This document shows, piece after piece, positions 36,550 through 43,898 of a stretch of DNA of 64,000 nt (positions are counted from its first letter, which is position 1; every line of letters begins with the position of its first letter). The position numbers and the translations under genes were made by a program. The notes beneath the pieces were generated by a model that saw only the letters and a list, made by a program, of their open reading frames with translations, did not search any database and had not been told where the DNA came from. Origin of the DNA: an uncultured Flavonifractor sp. (GTDB taxonomy: Bacteria; Bacillota; Clostridia; Oscillospirales; Oscillospiraceae); contig CANDFO010000003.1 of assembly GCA_947384055.1 (NCBI GenBank), forward strand, positions 983 through 64,982, in the 5' to 3' direction.

Positions 36550-37554
36550 CTATGTTGTATTGATAATACAGTTAAAGTCTTTTATCGCTGCGTCTATACT
36601 ATATTGAAAAACATACTCGGGGGGATATTCCGGCAGTGCTATCTGCCCCAGCCGTACCCCCTTCGGTTTTCTGCCATAAGAAAATTTGTAACGGTTATTG
36701 GTAATGCACTGCGCATAAAACAGTTTTTCCTGTAGTCCCATCTTTCTTTTCGGTATTAAAACCGATATATCGCTGTTGGGAACAAATTCAAAAATTGAAA
36801 CGTAGGAAAATGTATGGCTCCCCTGTCCATTGGTCGATACATATAATGTTTCCGCCGGAAATATTTTTTCTTGTGGAACGGCCTTTTTATTTACATAAGC
36901 AGCTACACTGGTCTCCTGCCGGTAAGATGGCCTGACAAAGGGAATCCAATTCTCGTTTTCCTTTTCTTTCCTTCGCATGACTTGGGAGGACGCAATCCCA
37001 TTTTTTATGATAAACAAATTTTTTAACGGTAATAGCGCACTCTTTTCTGCGCATCTCCCGTCAGCCGTTGGAACGGCAAGCTGTCCAATCAAGTCTTTCC
37101 CATATTCTTTTAACGAAAAATTTCTTACATACTGCGGAATATACTCAATTTTGGGCACTTCCAAATAAGCCAGTGTAGCGTTTGCCTGCCTTCCATAGTT
37201 GTATTTGTATTGATTCTCTCTGATACATTGGCAATAGTATAGCTTAACAGCGCTGCTCATTTCGATGCGCGGCGTTAAAACCATCACATGAAAGCCCGTA
37301 TAGAAGGGACTGGGCTGTAAAAATGTCTCAAGCACGCTCCCACTCACTGCAACCGTAATCAGTCCCGCCGGAAACGGCTGTACCAAAGCCAACCGCTCAA
37401 CTTTTGACGACACACCGTTCCTCTTTGCCGTTCTGGAGACAAAATTAATTCCGTCCGCTTTTTTTTTCAAATAAATTAATTCCAGTGAATTTCCGTATTG
37501 TATGTGGAACAGCTGACTCAGTTTACAGGTCGTTTTCGTCTTTGTCTTCACCAT
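36550..37554 (-). CDS. Putative specificity (S) subunit of a BcgI-like type IIB R-M system, with two tandem TRD-like halves
   Basis: 334 aa in low-GC DNA. Two internally homologous halves each start with an HsdS-like L..LF.I..G motif and end with Y(Y/A)QCI..N.YK(Y/F).YGR....L..(L/I).(V/L)P. It overlaps the upstream RM gene by 32 nt. The functional call is an inference from architecture. Confidence 0.55.
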   Translation of the reverse strand: MVKTKTKTTCKLSQLFHIQYGNSLELIYLKKKADGINFVSRTAKRNGVSSKVERLALVQPFPAGLITVAVSGSVLETFLQPSPFYTGFHVMVLTPRIEMSSAVKLYYCQCIRENQYKYNYGRQANATLAYLEVPKIEYIPQYVRNFSLKEYGKDLIGQLAVPTADGRCAEKSALLPLKNLFIIKNGIASSQVMRRKEKENENWIPFVRPSYRQETSVAAYVNKKAVPQEKIFPAETLYVSTNGQGSHTFSYVSIFEFVPNSDISVLIPKRKMGLQEKLFYAQCITNNRYKFSYGRKPKGVRLGQIALPEYPPEYVFQYSIDAAIKDFNCIINTT

Positions 37555-39385
37555 CTTTTATCATCCCAGTCCTGTTCATAAGATTAAACATAAGATACTT
37601 TTTTACCGTATCCTCGTAATCACTGAATGTGAACATGCTGTAATCCGTCTCTAAATACGCTTCCACACACCACTCGTCTTTTTCGGAAACTTCCCGCATT
37701 AAGCTAAAACGTTCCACTACTTCCCGGTTCCGGTAAGCGTTGACCCAGCTTTCTCTTGTTTTTTCCCAAGTGTGCTTTGCATCAATCCTGCCTCTGTTTT
37801 TCATCTTGATAAAGCCGTCATTCCGGCAATAAGCAAACCAGGTTTTCTTCCCCTTCGGATGCGGCTTCTTTGCTGTGACAATCATTGCGCAGGTAACTGT
37901 ATTAACCCTCGAATTATGAAACAATTCCTCCGGCATAGACAAAACGGCTTCCAATGTATGTTTTTCCAGGATTCTTTTTTTCAGATTTCTAGCGGCAGCT
38001 GTCTTCTCAATCACACAGCTGATAGGAATAATTGCAATACATGTTCCACCTGGTTCCAATGCCTCCAGGTTGTTTAGAATAAACTCAATCTCCTCTATAT
38101 CGGAAGCCTTTGTCTTATATGGAGGATTCAGCAGCCCTACCGTGGGTTTAAACCTCTTTTTGACATCCTTGATTTCCCGAAAACAGTCTCCCCAATAAAT
38201 ATTGGTTCTTCCATCCCGATGAATAATCATATTGGAAATAAGCAAAGCATAAATATCATCCTGGAATTCTATTCCGATCAGCTGATTATCTTTTATATTT
38301 TTCTCTTTTTCTTTATCTCCGTCTGCATCAATCAGCATTTTTTTCATGGCGCTGATAAGGAATCCGCCTGTCCCGCAGCAATTGTCTAACACAACGCTGT
38401 TTTTATCTACCCCTGCCAGCTCAACAAACAGTTCTGTAATATGCGGAGGGGTCAATACGATGCCAAGGCCTTTATCGTTGTTGGCGTAACGGAGAAACTC
38501 TATATAAAACTGACTGACTGTATCAACATATTGATGTGTCACCATAAAACTGTTGATCTCTTGGTCTATTTCGCTGATCAGGTCCTCTAAAAACTGCTTT
38601 CCCTCTTTTTTATCAGTCAGTGCGGAATTTGTTTTCATAAAGGTGAACGCATGGGTCATTACATCAATCTTTCTTTGCGAGATATCACCGCCAGATAACT
38701 GTCCATCAATTGCTGTATAAAGAGATTTTACAAGCTGTTCTCCCTTTTCGTGTTTTTTGTAGCTGTCCTTAAACGCTTTATCCTTTAATGCAATCAGGAT
38801 ACCACTGATCAGCAGAGCCCTCTGGGATTCTTTAATCTTTTTTGCATGCAGCGTCTCGTTGAGTGTTTTAGTATATGCTATCAGCTTTGCATAATCCTGA
38901 TGAAATTTATAGTCGCTCTGTTGAATACCTTCTACACATTCCTCCATTGTAAGAAACGTATCACCAAATATGGGATGATATTCTTTTTCTTCTTTCAATT
39001 GAAGAAATTGTGATATTCTGAACTGCTCAAGGGTTTCTCCACTGATCCCAACCGCCAGCACATCAAATTCCTTTGAGAGAAAGGATGCGTATAATAATGC
39101 CCCATCAACGGCATACTCAGAATAACTATCCATAGTAGCGCTGACGTGCCGATTGTTCTCTGCCTTCGCTTCAACAACAATTAAAAATTCCGGATATTTT
39201 TTCGAGTGAATCATAAAATCCGGAAAACCCTTTTTGCTGCCCTGTTTCGATGCGTGTTTCAGCAGCTTGTCAATCTTGGGATTATCACTTTTCTGCTCTT
39301 CAACAATAATATCGTCACTGCTGTAATAACCTTTTTCCCTGATTAAATCTCTAAAAATCGCCGATGTTTTCGCTTCATTTGCCAC
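37523..39385 (-). CDS. Fused restriction endonuclease / gamma-class N6-adenine DNA methyltransferase (BcgIA-like RM subunit)
   Basis: 620 aa in low-GC DNA with a GTG start and AGGTGA 8 nt upstream. The N-terminus has a PD-(D/E)xK-like motif (GFPDFMIH..x12..IVVEAKAE). Methylase motif I (VLDNCCGTGGFL) precedes motif IV (NPPY), which is the gamma-class order. Confidence 0.8.
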   Translation of the reverse strand: MANEAKTSAIFRDLIREKGYYSSDDIIVEEQKSDNPKIDKLLKHASKQGSKKGFPDFMIHSKKYPEFLIVVEAKAENNRHVSATMDSYSEYAVDGALLYASFLSKEFDVLAVGISGETLEQFRISQFLQLKEEKEYHPIFGDTFLTMEECVEGIQQSDYKFHQDYAKLIAYTKTLNETLHAKKIKESQRALLISGILIALKDKAFKDSYKKHEKGEQLVKSLYTAIDGQLSGGDISQRKIDVMTHAFTFMKTNSALTDKKEGKQFLEDLISEIDQEINSFMVTHQYVDTVSQFYIEFLRYANNDKGLGIVLTPPHITELFVELAGVDKNSVVLDNCCGTGGFLISAMKKMLIDADGDKEKEKNIKDNQLIGIEFQDDIYALLISNMIIHRDGRTNIYWGDCFREIKDVKKRFKPTVGLLNPPYKTKASDIEEIEFILNNLEALEPGGTCIAIIPISCVIEKTAAARNLKKRILEKHTLEAVLSMPEELFHNSRVNTVTCAMIVTAKKPHPKGKKTWFAYCRNDGFIKMKNRGRIDAKHTWEKTRESWVNAYRNREVVERFSLMREVSEKDEWCVEAYLETDYSMFTFSDYEDTVKKYLMFNLMNRTGMIKDGEDKDENDL

Positions 39386-39461
39386 TTTAAATCACCTGTC
39401 CTCAAACAGCACGCATTCCTGACGAAATCCACCAGAGCTATCTTTTCAAAAATATGTTCTT

Positions 39462-39797
39462 AAAAAACAACGCCTCTGTCTCCCAAGAGACAAAGGCGCA
39501 ATTCCTCTGCGGTACCACTCTCGCTGTCCCGCCGGGGCGGGACCACTCTACGGCGGATAACGGCGCCGCCCGTCCCCACCTACGCCCCCACGAGAGGTTC
39601 AGCGGGCCGCTCCGAGGTGATTTTCCCCTTCCGGTCCCGTCCGCCTTTCACCATACGGCGGCTCTCTGCTCAGTCCCGGGGAAGGGTACTCCTCCTCATC
39701 CCAGCGTGTATGCTGCGGGAATCTGCGCCTCTCCGCGGAAACACGGAAAGGGCGGGCTCCCCTATGAAGTTCACGCACAGACGCGATGAAACAGCGT
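39462..39797 (-). promoter_or_regulatory. T-box riboswitch, isoleucine specifier (AUC)
   Basis: On the minus strand, stem I carries GATGA/AGTA, an AG bulge (GCAGAGAGCC) and a distal loop (GTATGGTGAAA). The specifier loop is GGGG-AAA-AUC-A-CCTC, with the codon at 39621-39619. The T-box core is AGAGTGGTACCGCA (39521-39508). The terminator is GCCTTTGTCTC-ttgg-GAGACAGAGGC followed by GTTGTTTTTT. Confidence 0.85.
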
Positions 39798-39805
39798 CTG
39801 CGCGT

Positions 39806-39834
39806 ATTTTAACCGCAAAAATCCGTTCTGTCAA
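39806..39834 (-). promoter_or_regulatory. Near-consensus sigma-70 promoter driving the Ile T-box leader
   Basis: On the minus strand: TTGACA (39834-39829), a 17 nt spacer, then TAAAAT (39811-39806). It begins 7 nt after the divIVA stop. Confidence 0.65.
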
Positions 39835-39840
39835 GCCATT

Positions 39841-40530
39841 TTACCGAATTTCATAGTCCTTCCCAAATTGCAGGTGGTCAAAGTCAATTCGGCGGGTCGG
39901 CTCCTCGGCCTCTTCCGGTCCCGGCACTCCCTGCGAAATCATCTCCTGAAGTTCGGCATACAGGCCCCCCTCCGCGGACTTTGGGGGGTCCGGCTCCGCC
40001 TCCGCCCGCACCAGCTTGTCTACCGACGCCTCAATCTCCTGGGCGGCGGCGGCCACCTGGTCTGCCGGAGGAGGCGGGGCGGTCACGCCGGAGAGATTGT
40101 TCAAAAACTCCGTCTCCTTACGGCACAGCTCCCGGGCCTGTACCACAAAGCTGCTGGTGGCCTCTTGCGCTGAACGCAGGCGCAGCTCTTCGCTGGCAAT
40201 CTCCTGGCGCAGCTGGTCCATCCGCTCCCGGGCGGCCTTCTCCGTATCCTTCAGCAGCGCGGCCTTTTTTGCCTCGGCCTCTGCCAGCATATCGTCCGCC
40301 ATCTTCTGGGCCGCCAACAGCGCCCGGCGCATGGCTTCTTCTGTGGAGCGGTACTCCTCTACCTTCTCCACCAGCACCTTCATCTTGGCCTTTAAGGTAG
40401 TGTTCTCCTTGTACAGGGCGGTGTAATCCGCCGTGAGCACATCCAGAAACTCGTCCACCATCCCCATATTGTAGCCGCCGAAGGACGCCTTTGAAAAGGC
40501 GTGCTCAGAGACCTCCTGCGGTGTCAGCAT
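39841..40530 (-). CDS. divIVA: Cell-division/septum-site protein DivIVA
   Basis: 229 aa. The N-terminus MLTPQEVSEHAFSKASFGGYNMGMVDEFLD is the DivIVA lipid-binding domain, followed by a long coiled coil. Synteny is sepF-divIVA-ileS. Confidence 0.88.
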   Translation of the reverse strand: MLTPQEVSEHAFSKASFGGYNMGMVDEFLDVLTADYTALYKENTTLKAKMKVLVEKVEEYRSTEEAMRRALLAAQKMADDMLAEAEAKKAALLKDTEKAARERMDQLRQEIASEELRLRSAQEATSSFVVQARELCRKETEFLNNLSGVTAPPPPADQVAAAAQEIEASVDKLVRAEAEPDPPKSAEGGLYAELQEMISQGVPGPEEAEEPTRRIDFDHLQFGKDYEIR

Positions 40531-40629
40531 CCGTATCCCCCCGATCCTTTGGCCCGCTTCCTGTCAAAGCGGGCTTCTGCCGCTCCGCGAAAGCCTTCCG
40601 TCTGGCCTTTCGCGGTATCTCCGGCCCTT

Positions 40630-41136
40630 TTACAGATAGAGCCCGTTATTCTCCAGCTCGTCGATCAGGTCGCCCAATATGTCTACGTTGTACGGCGTAA
40701 TGATGTAGGTGGAAATGGCAACCTTTTTGATCTTACCCTCATTGGCATAGGCCACGCCGGACAGAAAGTCCAGCAGCCGCCGGGCGATGTCCTTATTGGT
40801 GGACTCCAGATTCAGGACCACCGTGCGCTTTTCCCGCAGGTGGTCGGCAATTTCCGAGGCATTTTCAAAGCGTTCCGGCTTCACCAGCACCACCTGGAGC
40901 TGGGTGGTGGTGTGGATATTGACTACCTTGTTGCTGCGGCGTTCGCTGTGCTCGCTGTCGCTGGAAAAAATGCTCCCCGTATCCCCGGAGACGGCCGCTT
41001 TTGCCTGCCGCCGCTCTGGGCGTTCCGCCCGGTCGTTCCGCTCGCCCCGGTAGACTGGCTCAAAGTCGTCAAACTCTTCCTCTTCCTCGTCTTCATAGGG
41101 CCGTGCCAGCCGCCTGAGCTCGTCCATAAATCCCAT
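40630..41136 (-). CDS. sepF: Cell-division protein SepF
   Basis: 168 aa with an acidic, disordered N-terminus and the conserved C-terminal SepF core (VVLVKPERFENASEIADHLREKRTVVLNLE...RLLDFLSGVAYA). Confidence 0.88.
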   Translation of the reverse strand: MGFMDELRRLARPYEDEEEEEFDDFEPVYRGERNDRAERPERRQAKAAVSGDTGSIFSSDSEHSERRSNKVVNIHTTTQLQVVLVKPERFENASEIADHLREKRTVVLNLESTNKDIARRLLDFLSGVAYANEGKIKKVAISTYIITPYNVDILGDLIDELENNGLYL

Positions 41137-41180
41137 TCTATGATACCCTCCGAACTGTTCTGTTGTAATGCCGCCCCGCC

Positions 41181-41882
41181 TCAGTGCAGCGGGGGCCGGG
41201 GGCCGAACAGGGCGGTGCCCACCCGCACCAGGGTGGCACCCTCCGCCACAGCATCCTCGAAATCACCGCTCATCCCCATGGAAAGGCAGTTAACCTGTTC
41301 TCCATTATCTCCTAAATCGGTTCTTATGTCAACAAAAAGCTGATACATTTCCGCAAAGAAATTGCGGTTTCCGCCGGGCTCCGCCGCCGCGGGGGGAATG
41401 GCCATCAGCCCTCGCAGGCGCACATGGTCCAATTCCAGGCAGTGCCGGACCAGCTGGGGCAGCTCCTCCGGGGCGGCGCCGCTCTTGCTCTCTTCGCCGC
41501 CAATGTTTACCTCCAGCAGAATCTCCTGGACAATACCCAGCTTGGCAGCCTGGGCCTGAACCGCCTGGAGGAGCTTCAGGGACCCCACCGATTCCAGCAG
41601 GTCCACCCGGCCCACCACCTGCCGTACTTTATTGGTCTGGAGGTGTCCAATAAAGTGGAGCTTGGCCCCGGCATAGGCGTTGTCCTCCAGGTGGGCGGTC
41701 ATCTCCTGGACGCGGTTTTCACCACAGACGGTGACGCCCGCTGCGATCGCCTCCCGTATAGTGTCAGAGGTCTGCACTTTCGTGGCCGCCACCAGGGTAA
41801 TTTCCTCCGGGTTCCGCCCTGACCGCCGGGCGGCGGCGTCAATGCGTCTGCGCACCGCGGCGATATTTTCTGCAAGAGACAT
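41181..41882 (-). CDS. YggS/YlmE-family pyridoxal-phosphate homeostasis protein
   Basis: Start at MSLAENIAAVRRRI, with AAGGAGAGGAG upstream. It has the conserved lysine context (LVAATKVQ) and HFIGHLQTNK, GMSGDFE and VRVGTALFG motifs. Confidence 0.88.
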   Translation of the reverse strand: MSLAENIAAVRRRIDAAARRSGRNPEEITLVAATKVQTSDTIREAIAAGVTVCGENRVQEMTAHLEDNAYAGAKLHFIGHLQTNKVRQVVGRVDLLESVGSLKLLQAVQAQAAKLGIVQEILLEVNIGGEESKSGAAPEELPQLVRHCLELDHVRLRGLMAIPPAAAEPGGNRNFFAEMYQLFVDIRTDLGDNGEQVNCLSMGMSGDFEDAVAEGATLVRVGTALFGPRPPLH

Positions 41883-41938
41883 TGCGCTCCTCTCCTTTGC
41901 GTCTAACAAGATGGACTGAAAACCTGTATTCCGCGCTG

Positions 41939-43228
41939 TCAGCGCACTACCTTCCCGTCAAAGAGTTCCTCCGCGGCCACGATGATCTCATCTCCCGCCC
42001 GGAGCGTCTTTTTTGCCTCACTGGTCCGCTGGGAGGGGATTCCCTCTACCAGGCAGTAGTCCTCCCCCTGTTCCAGCACCTTTACGGGCTTAAACTCCGC
42101 CTGGGACCCCACCAGGGCATAGACCCCTGTCACATTGACCTGGGTCTCCCGCCCGGTATCCGGGTCAGTCTGGGTCTGAACATCCACCCGGATAGCCGCC
42201 TTGGGCACACGTATGCCCGTCTGGGTGCCAAACACCAGTTCTACAGTCTGACGCCGCAGAAGCGTGGTGTTGGACAGGTAGCGGTCGCTGGAGAAAACCG
42301 TTAAAACCTGTCCGTTTTCGTTATCGCTGATGCGCTCTACCGTCATATCCACCTCTCCGGACCAATCTGTGGAAAAGCGTACGGTGACGGAGCGCCCCTC
42401 GGTAAGCCGGGCGGCGGTGTCCTGGGGCGTCATGCAGACAAAATACCATCGGTTTCCGGTAACGAGCTTTCCAATCGCCCCCGCAGGGGCCTGAGGCCGC
42501 TGCAGGTCTACCGCCCGCAGGCCTGCGGGCGTCAGATCCTCCAGCATATCGGGGGTCAGCAGCTCCTCATAGCCGTCGGCCTCGCCGGAAAAGACGCCGG
42601 AAACCTGCGCCGTAACCGCGGCGGTGTCCTGGGCTGCCTGGCTGCGGAGGGCCGCAATCTGCCGGTCCAGCTCCTGTATGGAGGCCGCCAGGGAAGCGGC
42701 GGCGTCTGTGTCCTCATAGGTCAGCTCCCGCCGGTACACCAGAGAGCGCAGAGACATGGTCTGCTCCTCCAGGGCGTGCAGATTTCCGGCGGACACGCTG
42801 GCCCGCAGGTCCACAATGGCCTCAATTACCTGCCGGCTGAGCTGGGCAGTATCTCCCCCGCCCTCCAAGTGCTGGAGAGCGTATTGCAGCTGTTCCCGCT
42901 CCAGCGCCAGCGCCTGAAGGGTCTGGCGGCGGCCGAACCCGGCCTCGCTCTGGTACACCAGGGCCACAGTCTCGCCACGGGCCACTTTTTCTCCCTCGTC
43001 GGGGAGCAGGTCTACAATCCCTCCGCTCCCGGCCAGCACAGTCTCTTCCCGCACCAGATAGCCTGTGCATTCCGCGGTGTCGTCCACCGCCCAGGTGTAG
43101 GAGAGAAACGTGGAGAAGGGCTCCTGAAGGCTCATCCAGGCCGCTCCCGCCAGGTAGATCAGTACAGCCAGCAGCAGCACACAGGTGACGATGCGGCTGA
43201 TGGCGATTCCTTCTTTTTTCTGTTTCAT
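41939..43228 (-). CDS. HlyD-like membrane-fusion/adaptor family protein (tentative)
   Basis: About 429 aa from MKQKKEG. It has an N-terminal TM anchor, a lipoyl-like hairpin segment (GEKVARGETVALVY), long coiled-coil regions and a beta-barrel C-terminus. The assignment rests on overall architecture only. Confidence 0.55.
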   Translation of the reverse strand: MKQKKEGIAISRIVTCVLLLAVLIYLAGAAWMSLQEPFSTFLSYTWAVDDTAECTGYLVREETVLAGSGGIVDLLPDEGEKVARGETVALVYQSEAGFGRRQTLQALALEREQLQYALQHLEGGGDTAQLSRQVIEAIVDLRASVSAGNLHALEEQTMSLRSLVYRRELTYEDTDAAASLAASIQELDRQIAALRSQAAQDTAAVTAQVSGVFSGEADGYEELLTPDMLEDLTPAGLRAVDLQRPQAPAGAIGKLVTGNRWYFVCMTPQDTAARLTEGRSVTVRFSTDWSGEVDMTVERISDNENGQVLTVFSSDRYLSNTTLLRRQTVELVFGTQTGIRVPKAAIRVDVQTQTDPDTGRETQVNVTGVYALVGSQAEFKPVKVLEQGEDYCLVEGIPSQRTSEAKKTLRAGDEIIVAAEELFDGKVVR

Positions 43229-43270
43229 GGACTGCGTTTCCTCTGCTGGCACTTTCTATGGAATTGCTTT

Positions 43271-43299
43271 ATTTTACGTCTTTTTACGCCCAATTGCAA
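43271..43299 (-). promoter_or_regulatory. Sigma-70-type promoter for the HlyD-like gene
   Basis: On the minus strand: TTGCAA, a 17 nt spacer, then TAAAAT, located about 40 nt upstream of the ATG at 43228. Confidence 0.45.
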
Positions 43300-43444
43300 C
43301 AATTTATTTCGTGGATATTTCTTCCTGTCCGCTTGTCCCACCTTTAGAGCCTGTGCTGCTGAGGACGCGCAGGAAAACTGAGCGCTCCGTCAGGCGGCAA
43401 AGGGCTCTCCGCGCGCGATTCATTTCCTCATGGACACAGGTAAC

Positions 43445-43548
43445 GGAGCCGCTGACTCAATCCATACGCGCGCACCGGCAGGTCTCCTGCCCCGGCGGGC
43501 CGGAATACCCGCCCATTGCACGTACATGAACATTGACTCAGCGGCTCC
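43445..43548 (-). other. Structured ~100 nt element immediately 3' of hfq (long inverted repeat enclosing two GC hairpins)
   Basis: 17 nt arms GGAGCCGCTGA(C/G)TCAAT match at 16 of 17 positions and enclose GGCGGG..CCCGCC and GGCAGG-aga-CCTGCC hairpins. It starts 8 nt after the hfq stop and has no U-tail. Confidence 0.35.
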
Positions 43549-43556
43549 CTGACAGT

Positions 43557-43793
43557 TCAGCTCTCCGGTTCCTCCGTGTTCAGCGGAATCATTTTTTCCG
43601 GCACAATGGTGGAAATTGCGTGTTTGTAAATCACCTGCTGCTTTCCCTCGGTCATAAGTACCACCACAAAGGCGTCGTACCCTGTGATCTGTCCCCGGAG
43701 CTGATAGCCGTTCATCAAAAATATGGTGACATTGGCGCGGTTTTTTCTCGCACGGAGGAGGAAGAGGTCCTGAAGATTGTTGATTTTCTGCAT
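43557..43793 (-). CDS. hfq: RNA chaperone Hfq
   Basis: 78 aa. [53 protein letters not shown] carries the Sm1/Sm2 motifs. Confidence 0.93.
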   Translation of the reverse strand: MQKINNLQDLFLLRARKNRANVTIFLMNGYQLRGQITGYDAFVVVLMTEGKQQVIYKHAISTIVPEKMIPLNTEEPES

Positions 43794-43898
43794 TTGGAAG
43801 CACCCTTTCTATCTGTCAAGATGTATCCAATATATACCATTTCCTGGAGGAAAGCTGTCGAACCCGGTCGAAGGGCGAAATTTCCCGGACAACCCTGC

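Noticed and set aside
43794-43898. Absence of miaA between mutL and hfq (mutS-mutL-miaA-hfq is common in Firmicutes) as a possible deletion scar
   Set aside because: The 105 nt spacer shows no gene remnant. This gene order is variable among Clostridia, so there is no evidence of a recent event within this window.
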